Origin: Candidatus Angelobacter sp.
GTDB lineage: Bacteria > Chloroflexota > Dormibacteria > Aeolococcales > Aeolococcaceae
Assembly: GCA_035569495.1 (NCBI GenBank)
Contig: DATMMX010000047.1
Location: 75,937-139,936 of the forward strand
Length of the DNA: 64,000 nt
Direction of reading: 5' to 3'
Shown piece after piece: positions 39,483 to 49,488 of the stretch (position 1 is the stretch's first letter; the number at the start of each line of letters is the position of its first letter). Below the pieces are notes generated by a model. That model did not search any database. It was not told where the DNA came from and saw only the letters and a program-made list of their open reading frames with translations. A program made the position numbers and the translations under genes.

Positions 39483-40066
39483 CCTGCCCTGGCCTGTTGC
39501 TGGGCGACGTCGACGGCGAGCCGGCTGTCCTCCGGCGTCGCCGAGCAGGTGGTCACCGCGTACACCCTGGCACCCTTGGCGAACGCGACGCCGTCGCAGA
39601 ACACCTGCCGGTCGCCCCGCTGTGTCGGTCCGGTCAGCGTGAACCCGACGGAGTCCGCAACGCCCGTCGCACTGAACAGCACCACCGTGCCCGTGCTCTG
39701 CAGCGCACCGCGTTCCGACGCCAGGAAGCGTGTTGATGACTCCGCGCTCGCCATCGCGTACACGGACACCAGGACGTAGTCACCCGCCGCGGCCCCGCCG
39801 CGCAGGAAGATGCGCGAGTACCCACCGCGAAACCCTGCCGCATCCAGCGCGCTCGCCGTCTGCGCGGCCTGCGTCGGCAGCGACTGCGACGCCGTCCCGC
39901 GGTCCAGCGGGCCGCTGTCGGCCGCCGACATCGTGTACCCGGCGATGGTGGCGATCACCTGGTTGCCCAGGTCGCTGACGCTGTCGTCGCACGCCGCCAG
40001 CGGCACGCTCACCGCAACCGCGAGCAGTGCCGGTAGCCAACGGCGGGCGGGGATCGCCCGGCGCAT
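39479..40066 (-). CDS. Lipoprotein (hypothetical, ~195 aa)
   Basis: The signal/lipobox is MRRAIPARRWLPALLAVAVSVPLAACDDS. The mature region is Ala/Ser/Thr-rich with no known motif. Convergent 4-nt overlap with the GH31 stop. Confidence 0.45.
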   Translation of the reverse strand: MRRAIPARRWLPALLAVAVSVPLAACDDSVSDLGNQVIATIAGYTMSAADSGPLDRGTASQSLPTQAAQTASALDAAGFRGGYSRIFLRGGAAAGDYVLVSVYAMASAESSTRFLASERGALQSTGTVVLFSATGVADSVGFTLTGPTQRGDRQVFCDGVAFAKGARVYAVTTCSATPEDSRLAVDVAQQQARAG

Positions 40067-40155
40067 TCCATGCGTCGTCACGGCGGACGACGGTACCGCA
40101 TTGTGTCGAGGACGACCAGGGCGGCAACGTGCTGCTCATGGTCCAGAGCGCCTAG

Positions 40156-40542
40156 CTACACACGAGGCTCGAGGCCCGGTGCGCCGGTGACGGTGCGCCA
40201 GGCCTCGAAGCCGGCGAGAAACGCGACGATGCCGGCCACCGGAAGGGCGATCTCGATGGCTTCGAGCACCTCCTGCGCGGTGAGCCCAAGGTCGAGGGCC
40301 CGCTGGATGTGGCTGGTCAGGAACTCGGGCGGCGCCCGGTGCACGGTCAGCCCCATGATGATGAGGAGCTGCTTGGTCCGCATGTCGAGGGACCGCTCCG
40401 CCTCGTAGCTCTCGTGGGCCAGCGCGTTCATCGCCTGCAGCACGCCGAAGTCGTGGCGCGCCATCACCTTGTGGTACGTGGGCACGTAGCCGCGTCCGGC
40501 CGCCATGCGGTCGATGTAGGCCTGGGCCTCGCCGTCGCTCAC
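40156..40542 (-). CDS. Carboxymuconolactone decarboxylase (CMD/AhpD-like) family protein, paralog 1
   Basis: MSDGEAQAYIDRMAAGRGYVPTYHKVMARHDFGVLQAMNALAHESYEAER… is typical CMD. The ATG overlaps the PhyH3 stop (ATGA). The C-terminal 30 aa are near-identical to paralog 2 (LPVAGIVAFLAGFEAWRTVTGAPGLEP). Confidence 0.8.
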   Translation of the reverse strand: MSDGEAQAYIDRMAAGRGYVPTYHKVMARHDFGVLQAMNALAHESYEAERSLDMRTKQLLIIMGLTVHRAPPEFLTSHIQRALDLGLTAQEVLEAIEIALPVAGIVAFLAGFEAWRTVTGAPGLEPRV

Positions 40543-41372
40543 CGGGTCACCAGGCGGAACGCCGGGTGGTCGAAGGGCTCGCCGACGACCAGGCCGTAGC
40601 GGTCCGCGTCGTGGATGTGCTCGTCGCCCTGCACCAGCGCGCCGGTGAAGCGCGTGTCGGCGGGGAAGTAGTTGATGACGAACGCCCAGCGCGGCCGGCC
40701 GGTGGTGTTGGCGGGCGCGCCGTGCACCGTGCAGCCGTGGTGCACGGTGGCGTCACCGGGCCGGTAGTGGAGCTCGGCGGCCAGCGGGTACTGCTCGTTG
40801 AGACCGGGGTAGACGTCGAAGATGTCCTTGCCGTCGTCGAACCAGCGGCCCAGGTTGCCGAGCAGGTGGGAACGGCTGTGGAAGCGCAGCGCGCCCATGT
40901 CCGGCGTCACCTCGTCGAGGGCGATCCAGAAGCCGATGAAGCCGGTGCGATCCATGGCCAGGGTTGGGAAGTCCTGGTGGTAGTAGGTCTCCCCATACTC
41001 CACCGGCTCCTGCTTCTGCAGCTTGCCGAGCTTGACCGCCAGCATGTTGGCGTAGGAACGGATGCCGACCGAGCGCTCCATCAGGCGCTGCGCGTTGCGT
41101 CCGATCTGCTCGCCGTAGCCCACGGCCTCGAACAGGTCGTCCTCGTCGGCGATGTCGTGGTAGTCGTGCCAGGAGGGGTGGCCGATCAGGTCCTTGCCGG
41201 CGCGCAGCACGCTGGCGTCGCCGTCCGGGCCCATGCGCTGCTTGGCCCGCCCCAGCAGCTCCGCCGCCAGCGCCGGCGAGATGAGCTGGTCGAGCTTGGC
41301 CCAACCGTGCTCCCGGTAGTGGGCGACCTCCTGGTCGGTCACCTCGCGCATGTCAACGTGTGGCGTGTTCAT
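40539..41372 (-). CDS. Phytanoyl-CoA dioxygenase (PhyH) family oxygenase, paralog 3
   Basis: ATG (MNTPHVDMREVTDQEVAHYREHGWAKL…) with GGAGAG RBS. The HxD context is YYHQDFPTLAMDRTGF and the distal His is HHGCTVHGAP. Confidence 0.75.
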   Translation of the reverse strand: MNTPHVDMREVTDQEVAHYREHGWAKLDQLISPALAAELLGRAKQRMGPDGDASVLRAGKDLIGHPSWHDYHDIADEDDLFEAVGYGEQIGRNAQRLMERSVGIRSYANMLAVKLGKLQKQEPVEYGETYYHQDFPTLAMDRTGFIGFWIALDEVTPDMGALRFHSRSHLLGNLGRWFDDGKDIFDVYPGLNEQYPLAAELHYRPGDATVHHGCTVHGAPANTTGRPRWAFVINYFPADTRFTGALVQGDEHIHDADRYGLVVGEPFDHPAFRLVTR

Positions 41373-42243
41373 CGATGCTCTCCTGAACAACCGTTGCGGA
41401 TTCCTGGGTGGCTGCGAAGCGGTGCCGCATCTCGCCGACATGCTCGATGCGGCTGACCAGCTCGTCGCCCGCGGTGATGAACCGCTGCGGTGAACGGCGG
41501 TTGCCGACGCCCGCGGGCGTGCCCGTGAAGACCAGATCCCCTGCATACAGGGGGCAGACGGCGGAGATGTGGGCGATCAGCCGCGGCACCGAGAACACCA
41601 TCGAGGAAGTGCGGTCGTGCTGCACCTCCTCGCCGCTCAGCACGCAGCGCAGCTCCAGGTCGTCGCGATCGGGCAGCTCGTCGACGGTGACGATGGCCGG
41701 ACCGATCGGTCCGAACCCCGGGTACGACTTGCCCAGCGAGTATTGCGGTGCCGCCCCGTTGAGCTGCAGCCTGCGCTCCGAGATGTCCTGCCCGACGGTG
41801 ACGCCGGCGACCGCGTCCCACGCCGATTCCTCGGCAATGCGGTACGCATCGCGAGCGATCACCACCACCAGCTCCAGCTCCCAGTCGACGTTCCCTTGCG
41901 GGAGCGCGATGGTGCCGCCCGGACCCGCGATGCAGCCGGGAAACTTGGTGAAGATCAGCGGAACCTCGGGCACCGCGAGCTGCGCCTCGCCGGCATGTTG
42001 CGGGTAGTTGAGCGCGACGGCGAAGACCTGCCGCGGCCGCGGCACCGGCGGTCCGAGCTGCGCGGGATCGAACGGCGTGGACGGCTGCAGCGTGGTCGAT
42101 CGTGCCCACAGCACAAAGCGATCCCAGTCGCGCAGCAGTGCCCCGGGCGCCGCCGGCAGCAGGCCCGCGCTGGCCTCCGCCACGTCGAGGCACAGTGTGC
42201 CGGCGAGCAGGACCGCGCGTCCGCGCAGGTTGCCTAGCCGCAT
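41353..42243 (-). CDS. Fumarylacetoacetate hydrolase (FAH) family protein 1
   Basis: The FAH-fold C-terminal domain motifs are …NYPQHAGE…ELELVVVIARDAY…GFGPIGPAIVT…GDLVFTGTPAGVG…. Confidence 0.75.
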   Translation of the reverse strand: MRLGNLRGRAVLLAGTLCLDVAEASAGLLPAAPGALLRDWDRFVLWARSTTLQPSTPFDPAQLGPPVPRPRQVFAVALNYPQHAGEAQLAVPEVPLIFTKFPGCIAGPGGTIALPQGNVDWELELVVVIARDAYRIAEESAWDAVAGVTVGQDISERRLQLNGAAPQYSLGKSYPGFGPIGPAIVTVDELPDRDDLELRCVLSGEEVQHDRTSSMVFSVPRLIAHISAVCPLYAGDLVFTGTPAGVGNRRSPQRFITAGDELVSRIEHVGEMRHRFAATQESATVVQESIDEHATR

Positions 42244-42244
42244 C

Positions 42245-43120
42245 TCAGAGCTTCCATTGGTCCGGCGACGGTGGGGGAGTGCCGTGCCCCTCCAGCCAGG
42301 AGATGATCGGCGTGCGCAGGAGGCCGACCCTGCCGATCTCCGCCTCGACCACGTCGCCGGGCTTGAGGTAGTTGGCGAACGGGTCGTCCATGCTCGCCGC
42401 CACGCCGCCGATGGTGCCGGTGGTGAGGATGTCGCCCGCGCTGTAGCCCATCGGCGAGTGGTAGGCGACGAGCTGCGGGATGCTGACCTGCATGCGCGCG
42501 GTGTTCGACTTCTGCCGCACCGCGCCGTTGACGCGCAGCTCCATGTCGAGGTCGTGCGGATCGCCGATCTCGTCGGCGGTGACGATCCACGGACCGATGG
42601 GGCAGAAGGTGTCGATCGCCTTGCAGAAGGAGAAGACGCCCGACTCCATCTCGCGCCGCTGGATGTCGCGCGCGGTGACGTCGTTGAAGACGGTGTACCC
42701 GGCGATGTGCTCGACCGCCTGCTCGGCGGAGAAGAACTTGCCCGGCCTGCCGATGATGATGGCCAGCTCGATCTCGTAGTCGAGCTCGTTGGTCAGGTGT
42801 TCGGGGTAGATCACCGGCGCGTCGGGACCGACGATGGCGTCGACGTTCTGGAAGAACACGATGCCCTTGTTGACCGCGTGCGACCAGTTGATGCGCGCCA
42901 GGTCGTCCGCGTGCTCGCGGAAGTTGCCCGCGGTGTGGAAGAACTTCTTGGGGACGATCGGCGCGCGCAGGGCAACCTCGGCGAGGGCGAATGTCGTGCC
43001 CGTCTCGGCGACGTCACCGTCGCGCTCGAAGAACTGCCGCGTCGACGCGCAGTCCAGCTCCACGACGCGGTCCTCGACCACGCGTCCGACGCGTCCCTCG
43101 TTGAATGTCACCAGGCGCAT
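42245..43120 (-). CDS. Fumarylacetoacetate hydrolase (FAH) family protein 2
   Basis: MRLVTFNEGRVGRV…FHTAGNFREHA…YEIELAIIIGRPG…GPIGPWIVTADEI…GDILTTGTIGGV is the classic FAH-family (HpcE/ureidoglycolate-lyase-like) signature. Confidence 0.8.
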   Translation of the reverse strand: MRLVTFNEGRVGRVVEDRVVELDCASTRQFFERDGDVAETGTTFALAEVALRAPIVPKKFFHTAGNFREHADDLARINWSHAVNKGIVFFQNVDAIVGPDAPVIYPEHLTNELDYEIELAIIIGRPGKFFSAEQAVEHIAGYTVFNDVTARDIQRREMESGVFSFCKAIDTFCPIGPWIVTADEIGDPHDLDMELRVNGAVRQKSNTARMQVSIPQLVAYHSPMGYSAGDILTTGTIGGVAASMDDPFANYLKPGDVVEAEIGRVGLLRTPIISWLEGHGTPPPSPDQWKL

Positions 43121-43129
43121 GGCATCTCC

Positions 43130-45847
43130 CTAGCGTGGAACCGTGACGGCAGCGGCCTGGCTGCCCGTCTCGCTGACGTCGCCCAGGTACGCGGCGATCA
43201 CGCGCGGATCGTTGCGCACCTCGGCGGGGCGACCCTCCGCCAGCTTCTGGCCGAAGTCGAGGACGACGACGCGGTCGCAGCTGCGCATCACCAGGCTGAC
43301 GTCGTGCTCCACCAGCAGCACGCCGACGCCCCACTGGGTCGCGGCGTGGCGGATCGCGGCGACCAGCTCGTTTCGTTCGCTCCCTGACAGTCCGGCGCCG
43401 GGCTCGTCGAGCAGCAGCACCGACGCACCGGTGGCGATGGCGCGCGCCATGCCCACCAGCCGGCGCCGGCCGAAGGGCAGGTCGCGGGCGACGCGGTCGA
43501 GATCGGCGCCCAGCTCGAAGCGGTCGATCGCCGCCCACACCGCCGGCGCCAGCGTCTGGCGTCCGGGCCACAGCAGGTTGGAGAGGTACGCCGCGCGATC
43601 GCGCGAGTCCGCCGCGGCGAGCAGGTTCTCCCGCACCGTGAGGTCCTCGAACAGCTCCAGCGACTGGAAGCTGCGCGCGATGCCGCGGCGCGCCCGCCGC
43701 TCCGCCGGCCAGTGGTCGATCTGCGTGCCGTTGACCAGGACACGGCCGGAGCGCAGGGCGACGAAGCCGGTCACGGCGTCGATCAGGGTCGTCTTGCCCG
43801 CCCCGTTGGGCCCGATCAGGCCGACCACCTCGCCGGGCGCGACCTCGATGCTGACGCCGCTCAGCGCCACCACCCCGCCGAACTGAACGGTCGCATCCTG
43901 CACCTCGAGGCGCACGGGGTCGGCGGTGAAGCCCGTCGCCGCCGTCGCTGCTGACGTCTCAGCGGCGGGCGCCACGCGCGCGACGCGACCACGGCGCAGC
44001 CGCGCGATCAGGCGCTGCATCGACTTGGCGTTGCTCGACGCGATGCCGTCGGGGTCGCGCAGCAGCAGCACGATCAGGGTGACCCCACCGAACAGCGTCA
44101 GCCAGTTGCCGATGTTGGTGCCGAAGATGGCGTTGCCGATCAGGCTGCCGATCCCGCTCTGGCTCAGCGTCGCGCCGAACAGCGCGCCGGTAACGAAGCC
44201 GATGCCGCCGATGACCGCCAGCGCCGTCGCGTAGATGCTGCTGATCGGGTCGTAGTTGGAGAAGACGATGGTGTACGCGGACAGGCCGAGCAGGATGCCG
44301 CCGATCCCCGCCAGCGCGGCGGCGACGCCGAAGGCATAGAGCTTGGCGCCGACCACGCTGATGCCCAGCGACGCGGCCGCCCGCTCGTTGGAGCGCACCG
44401 CGATCATGCGCCGGCCGACGCGGCTGCGCCGGATGTTGCACACCGCCACCGAGCAGAGCAGCAGCACCAGGAACACGAACACCGTGTAGCGCTCGGGGTA
44501 TTTGATGGGGTCGAGGTCGATGCCGAAGAGGTGCAGCGGGCCGACCGTGGTGCCGGCGACGCCGCCGGTGTAGTCGGCGTTGCTGAACAGCAGGCTCTGC
44601 AGCGAGAGCCCGAGCCCGAGGGTGACCACCGCGAGGTGGACGCCGCGGGTTCGCAGCGCGGGCAGCGCGAAGAGCAGGCCGAACACCACCGAGGCGACCA
44701 CACCGAGGCAGATCGCCGCCCACATCGGCCATCCCGCGGCCACGATCATCCGCCCGGTGACGAACGCGCCCACGCCACCCAGCGCGTACTGGGCCAGTGA
44801 GACCTGGCCCGCGTAGCCGGTCAGCACCACCACCGAGAGCAGCATGATCGCCACCACCAGCGTGCTGCCCAGCGCCGTGTTCCACGTCACCGGGAACGCG
44901 AACAACACCAGCGCGACGAACAGCAACGAGAGCGGGACGAGCACACGCGGTTGCAGCACGCCGGAGCCCAGGGCGGGCAGCCGGTCCGCCGTCATGCCGC
45001 GCACCGGCAGGCGCTTGCCGCGCAGCACCAGGATGGCGACGATGACCACCAGCGGCAGCGCGTCGGAGACGCCCTGCTGGTTCCAGTACTGGCTCACCTC
45101 GCTCTGCGCGATGCCGATGGCCAGACCGCCCAGCAGGGTCAGGGGAAACGACGAGAAGCCGCCGATCAGCGCGGCCGCCAGTGCTGCGATGACGATGAGC
45201 GTCAGGTTGGTGGCCTGCAGGCCGGTGAGCGGTACCACCAGCACGCCGCTCGCCGCGGCCAGCATTCCGCCCAGCGCCCAGTTGGCCGTGGCCACGCGGT
45301 CCGGCGACCACGCCAGGCTGGCCGCCGCGCGCTGGTTCTCGGCGACCGCTCTCGACGCCAGGCCGAGCAACGTGAACCGCGAGATCGCCCACAGTGCAAC
45401 CGTCAGCACCACGGCGACGCCGAGCAGGATGAGCCGGTCCTGGCCGACGAAGATGCCGCCGATGCGGAACACCCCCTCGGGCAGCGCGGACGGCACCAGC
45501 ACCGTCGACGAACCGAAGCGCAGCAGGCCGACGGACTGCACGACGATGAGCACGCCCAGTGTGGCGATGAGACGCGAGATCGGCGAGGCGTTCTTGAGCG
45601 GGCGCATCACCAGCGGATAGGTGAGCGCGCCGATCAGCCCGGTGACGACCAGCGCCGCCGCGAAAGCGGGCAGGAATCCCCAGGCGTCGGAATGGCGCAG
45701 GTCGTAGTAGACGAACGCGCCCACCATCGCGTATGCGCCCTGAGCCAGGTTGATCACGCCGGAGCCGCGGTAGATCAGGACGATGCCCTGGCCGAGCAGC
45801 GTGTACACCGCCGCGATGCCCAGCCCGAGGATGGCAGCCTGCAGCAT
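43130..45847 (-). CDS. Triple fusion LivH-LivM-LivG: HAAT-family ABC transporter permease(s) + ATP-binding cassette (905 aa)
   Basis: The N-terminus is LivH-like (MLQAAILGLGIAAVYTLLGQGIVLIYRGSGVINLAQGAYAMVGAF). The middle is LivM-like. The C-terminus is LivG-like ATPase (GPNGAGKTTLIDAV; LPFGRRRLVGMARAIATGASVLLLDEPGAGL; LVEHDVSLV; …AAYLG). Confidence 0.8.
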   Translation of the reverse strand: MLQAAILGLGIAAVYTLLGQGIVLIYRGSGVINLAQGAYAMVGAFVYYDLRHSDAWGFLPAFAAALVVTGLIGALTYPLVMRPLKNASPISRLIATLGVLIVVQSVGLLRFGSSTVLVPSALPEGVFRIGGIFVGQDRLILLGVAVVLTVALWAISRFTLLGLASRAVAENQRAAASLAWSPDRVATANWALGGMLAAASGVLVVPLTGLQATNLTLIVIAALAAALIGGFSSFPLTLLGGLAIGIAQSEVSQYWNQQGVSDALPLVVIVAILVLRGKRLPVRGMTADRLPALGSGVLQPRVLVPLSLLFVALVLFAFPVTWNTALGSTLVVAIMLLSVVVLTGYAGQVSLAQYALGGVGAFVTGRMIVAAGWPMWAAICLGVVASVVFGLLFALPALRTRGVHLAVVTLGLGLSLQSLLFSNADYTGGVAGTTVGPLHLFGIDLDPIKYPERYTVFVFLVLLLCSVAVCNIRRSRVGRRMIAVRSNERAAASLGISVVGAKLYAFGVAAALAGIGGILLGLSAYTIVFSNYDPISSIYATALAVIGGIGFVTGALFGATLSQSGIGSLIGNAIFGTNIGNWLTLFGGVTLIVLLLRDPDGIASSNAKSMQRLIARLRRGRVARVAPAAETSAATAATGFTADPVRLEVQDATVQFGGVVALSGVSIEVAPGEVVGLIGPNGAGKTTLIDAVTGFVALRSGRVLVNGTQIDHWPAERRARRGIARSFQSLELFEDLTVRENLLAAADSRDRAAYLSNLLWPGRQTLAPAVWAAIDRFELGADLDRVARDLPFGRRRLVGMARAIATGASVLLLDEPGAGLSGSERNELVAAIRHAATQWGVGVLLVEHDVSLVMRSCDRVVVLDFGQKLAEGRPAEVRNDPRVIAAYLGDVSETGSQAAAVTVPR

Positions 45848-45848
45848 C

Positions 45849-46592
45849 TCAGTCGTGCGCCTCGACGCCGTGCGCGTCGCCGCCGGTGAGGTACGCGTCC
45901 TCGATGCCCGCGAAGGACGCGACCACCTCGGCGCTGGATCCCGACATCACGATCCGCCCGCGCTGCATCACGTAGATGCGGTCGGCGATGCGGGCGAGCT
46001 GCTGCACGTGCTGCTCGACCAGCAGCACGCCGACGCCACTGGTGTCCGCGGCCTTGCGCACCGCGTCGAGCAGCCTGCGCACCACCAGTGGTGCGAGGCC
46101 GTGCGACAGCTCATCACCGAGGAACACCCTGGGGCCGCGCCCCAAGGCGCGACCGAGTGTCAGCATCTGCTGCTCGCCACCGGAGAGCAGGCCGCCGAGA
46201 CGCCCCAGCAAAGGACGCAATTCGGGGAAGAGGTCGAGCGCCGCGGCCACGCCGGTGCGGCCGAGTCGCAGGTTCTCGTGCACGGTGAGCTGCATGAACA
46301 CCGACCGTTCCTCGGGGACGAAGGCGACCCCCGCGGCGGCGCGGGCGTACAGCGGCGCCCGCGTCGGTGACCCGTAGAGCCGCACCTCGCCGCCCATCGC
46401 GGGCAGCTCACCGGCCAGCGCGAGCAGGGTGGTCGTCTTGCCGGCACCGTTGGCGCCGAGCAGCCCGACGACCTCCCCCGGACGCACCTCGATCGCCAGG
46501 TCGCGAACGACCGCCTGATCGTGGTACCCGGCCGACAACCCCCGTGCTTCGAGCAGGGGGGTTGCCGGCATCGCTGCGCTGGCCGGTGTCAT
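45849..46592 (-). CDS. LivF-like HAAT-family ABC transporter ATP-binding protein
   Basis: GANGAGKTTTLLALAG; LSGGEQQMLTLGRAL; LLVEQHVQQ; …DAYLTG. Confidence 0.85.
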   Translation of the reverse strand: MTPASAAMPATPLLEARGLSAGYHDQAVVRDLAIEVRPGEVVGLLGANGAGKTTTLLALAGELPAMGGEVRLYGSPTRAPLYARAAAGVAFVPEERSVFMQLTVHENLRLGRTGVAAALDLFPELRPLLGRLGGLLSGGEQQMLTLGRALGRGPRVFLGDELSHGLAPLVVRRLLDAVRKAADTSGVGVLLVEQHVQQLARIADRIYVMQRGRIVMSGSSAEVVASFAGIEDAYLTGGDAHGVEAHD

Positions 46593-46598
46593 GTCAGC

Positions 46599-47828
46599 TC
46601 AGGAGGACACTTGGAAGTAGTTGACGGGTGCGTTGTTGACCAGCTGGAGCTGCCCCGACGACACCTTCTCCAGGTAGACGTTGCTGTTGGTGACGCGGGG
46701 GAAGTTGGTCGGTCCGGCGGCGTTGGGCGTCCAGTTGATCAGGCCCTCGACGTCGATGCTCTGCGCCGCCTTGAGCTCGGCGATCAGCCCGGCGCTGTCG
46801 AGCAGCCCGCTGGTGCTCTTGGCGGCGGTCGCCACCGCGTGCACGGCGAGCCAGCTGGTGACCGCCTGGGCGCTGCGGATGTCGGTGCTGGCGATGCCCG
46901 CCTTGCCGGCCGCGTCCATCTCCGCGTTGAAGTTCTTGATGCCCGGGAACTGGCCGCTCGCCGTCGCGGGCGGGAAGGAGCTGGTGATGTACATGCCGTC
47001 AGCGCTCGACCCGAAGGTGCTCAGGTTGCTCACGTCGATGTTCAGGGTCTGGTTGGCCCAGGTGGCGTTGAGGCCGATCTGCGCGCCCGCCTTCATGATC
47101 TGCGCCGAGCCGGTTGTGGACAGGATCTGCACGATCACGTCCGGGGTCAGGTCCTTCAGCGACTTGGCGTAGGGCTGGTAGTCGGTGGCGTTGAGGGGGA
47201 CGTTGACGGTTCCCGCGTAGGTCATCCCCGCCTTGGTGGTCTGCGCCTCGATCAGCTTGTCCAGCCCGGTGCCGGGGCTGGTGGCCACGGCCAGCCGCTT
47301 CAGTCCCTGGCGCGCGACCAGGTAGGGGATGGCGGGATAGGTGGTCACCGCGCCGCCCATCAGCGGCCACACGTCGGTGCTGCTCAGCTCCTGCGGCGTG
47401 TAGACGCCGAGGGGTCCGATCACCGGGATGCCGGCCTGCTGCAGCATGGGAATCGACTGCGCGCCGGTCTCGAAGAGCGAGCCGACCACGGCCACGACGT
47501 GATCCGACACCGCCTGCTGCGCGCAGGCCAGCTCCTGCGTCGGGCTGTCGTGGATGTCGCAGGTGACGATCTGCACCGGATGCGTGCCGATGCCGCCCGC
47601 GTCGCTGATCGCCTTGGCCGCCGCCTGCGCGCCGGCGCCGACCTCGGGGTGCTCGGCGATGGGATCACCGGTGAACTGGTACATCACCATCAGCTTGATG
47701 GGCGTGCCGGTGGCCGCCGCCGCGCCGCCGCCGCCGTTCCCCGTGGTGTTGTTGGAACTGCCACACGCCGCCAGCAGCAGGGTGCCCGCCAGTCCCACGG
47801 CGCTCGCCGCCGAGGCTCTCTTGATCAC
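46599..47828 (-). CDS. Liv-type (HAAT) ABC transporter substrate-binding lipoprotein
   Basis: The signal/lipobox is MIKRASAASAVGLAGTLLLAACGSS. The type-I PBP fold shows typical LivK-like segments (PIKLMVMYQFTGDPIAEHPEVGAGAQAAAKAISDAGGIG…VVAVVGS…). The ATG overlaps the CMD2 stop (ATGA). Confidence 0.8.
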   Translation of the reverse strand: MIKRASAASAVGLAGTLLLAACGSSNNTTGNGGGGAAAATGTPIKLMVMYQFTGDPIAEHPEVGAGAQAAAKAISDAGGIGTHPVQIVTCDIHDSPTQELACAQQAVSDHVVAVVGSLFETGAQSIPMLQQAGIPVIGPLGVYTPQELSSTDVWPLMGGAVTTYPAIPYLVARQGLKRLAVATSPGTGLDKLIEAQTTKAGMTYAGTVNVPLNATDYQPYAKSLKDLTPDVIVQILSTTGSAQIMKAGAQIGLNATWANQTLNIDVSNLSTFGSSADGMYITSSFPPATASGQFPGIKNFNAEMDAAGKAGIASTDIRSAQAVTSWLAVHAVATAAKSTSGLLDSAGLIAELKAAQSIDVEGLINWTPNAAGPTNFPRVTNSNVYLEKVSSGQLQLVNNAPVNYFQVSS

Positions 47829-48244
47829 GGATCTCTCCTTTCGGCCGAGGGCTCGAGGCCCGGGGCACCGGTGACTTCACGCCACGCTTCGAATCCCGCC
47901 AGGAAGGCGACGATGCCGGCCACCGGCAGCGCCATCTCCAGCGTCTCCAGGATCTGCTGGGAGCTGATCCCCAGGTCCAGCGCCATGCGCACGTGCGCGG
48001 TGAGCTGCTCGCGGTTGCTCCTCATCACGGTGAACATGGCCAGGAAGATCAGCTCCTTGGTCACCGGGTCGAGGGTTCGCTCGGCGGCGTAGGTCGCCTC
48101 GCCGAGCGCCTGCTGCGCCTTGAGCACGCGGATGTCGTGGTAGGCCATGATCTTGTGGTAGTCGGGGACGTTGCCGGGTTTCGGCCAGACCCCCGCATCG
48201 CGGGCGAACTGGTCGACGTACTCCTGGGCCTCGTTGTTGTCCAT
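47825..48244 (-). CDS. Carboxymuconolactone decarboxylase (CMD) family protein, paralog 2
   Basis: MDNNEAQEYVDQFARDAGVWPKPGNVPDYHKIMAYHDIRVLKAQQALGEATYAAERTLDPVTKELIFLAMF… is collinear with paralog 1. About 80% nucleotide identity over the 3' ~160 nt. The ORF-track N-terminal extension is garbage. Confidence 0.75.
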   Translation of the reverse strand: MDNNEAQEYVDQFARDAGVWPKPGNVPDYHKIMAYHDIRVLKAQQALGEATYAAERTLDPVTKELIFLAMFTVMRSNREQLTAHVRMALDLGISSQQILETLEMALPVAGIVAFLAGFEAWREVTGAPGLEPSAERRDP

Positions 48245-48306
48245 GTCGGCAATAACCTCGTGCTGTTCTCCAACCGGCCGCCAGCCTGGGTGTGCCCCTG
48301 GTGTGG

Positions 48307-49488
48307 TCATGCGAAGAGCTGGTCTGCGCCTCCGTGCTCGTCGAGAAGCGGCGCCGGTCCCGGCTCCGGCGGCGGTGTGCGCAGGAAGCTGATCGGCAGC
48401 CGCACGGTGCGCACCGTCCCCGCCGAGGGGTGCTGCGACTCGCGCACCAGGCCGGTGGCCAGGACGTGCGGGTCGGTGAGCAGCTCGGCCACGGTGTTGA
48501 CCCGGCTGGCGGGAATGCGCAGCGGGGGCAGCAGGCGCAGCCACTCGTCCGTCGAGCGGGTCATCAGCTCCTCTTCGAGGAACCGGTAGAGGGCGTCGAT
48601 GTTGGCGGTGCGGGCGCCGATGCTGGCGAAGCGCGGGTCGGCGACCATGTCGGGGCGCTGCACCAGCTCGAAGAACGACCGCCACTGCAGGTCCGTGTAG
48701 AGCATCACGCTGATCAGGCTGTCCGCGGTGCAGTAGGGGTGGCGATACGGCGAGTTGACGCGCGCGTAGCCCGTCGGACCCTGCGCCGGGTCGTAGACGG
48801 CGCCCCCCTGCTGTTCGAGGAACAGGAACGAGATCATCGACTCGAACATGGGCACCTCGACGGCCTGTCCCAGGCCCGAGCGCCCGCGCTCCACCAGCGC
48901 GGCGAGCACGGCGGCCAGGACGAACAGGCCGGTCGCCTTGTCGGTCATCACCGTGCGCACGTACTGCGGCGGACCGTCGTGGGTCTGCACCGCCGCGATG
49001 CCCGATGCCGCCTGGATGATGTCGTCGTAGGCGGGCAGGTCGCGGTACGGGCCGTCGCTGCCGTAGCCGGACGCGCCGCAGTGGATCATGCGCGGGTTGA
49101 GTGGCTGCAGCGACGCGTAGTCGATGCCCAGCCGCAGCGCCGCGGCGGGGGTGCGGTTGTGCACGAAGACGTCGGCCTGGCGGACCAGCTCCTCGAGGCG
49201 CCGGTGGTCGGTCTCGTCGCGAAGGTCGAGGACCACGCTCTTCTTGCCGCGGTTGGCGTTGAGGAACATCGGCCCGGCGCCGGTGCCGGTCACGTCGCCG
49301 ACCTGGCGGAGGATGTCGCCGCCCGGCTCCTCGACCTTGACCACCTCGGCGCCCATCTGGGCCATCAGCAACGTGGCGTACGGCACCATGAAGGTGTTGG
49401 AGACCTCGACGACGCGGATGCCGTGCAGCGGCGCTTGCGTCGCATTGGCGGCCTCGGCGCTCGCGCCCGTTGCGGCGGCGGCGTTCAC
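48307..49488 (-). CDS. Family III CoA-transferase (CaiB/BaiF-like)
   Basis: GTG start overlapping the ACAD stop (GTGA). …LHGIRVVEVSNTFMVPYATLLMAQMGAEVVKVEEPGGD…NRGKKSVVLDLR…VFVHNRTPAA…LNPRMIHCGASGYG… is the canonical CaiB/BaiF N-terminus. Confidence 0.8.
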   Translation of the reverse strand: MNAAAATGASAEAANATQAPLHGIRVVEVSNTFMVPYATLLMAQMGAEVVKVEEPGGDILRQVGDVTGTGAGPMFLNANRGKKSVVLDLRDETDHRRLEELVRQADVFVHNRTPAAALRLGIDYASLQPLNPRMIHCGASGYGSDGPYRDLPAYDDIIQAASGIAAVQTHDGPPQYVRTVMTDKATGLFVLAAVLAALVERGRSGLGQAVEVPMFESMISFLFLEQQGGAVYDPAQGPTGYARVNSPYRHPYCTADSLISVMLYTDLQWRSFFELVQRPDMVADPRFASIGARTANIDALYRFLEEELMTRSTDEWLRLLPPLRIPASRVNTVAELLTDPHVLATGLVRESQHPSAGTVRTVRLPISFLRTPPPEPGPAPLLDEHGGADQLFA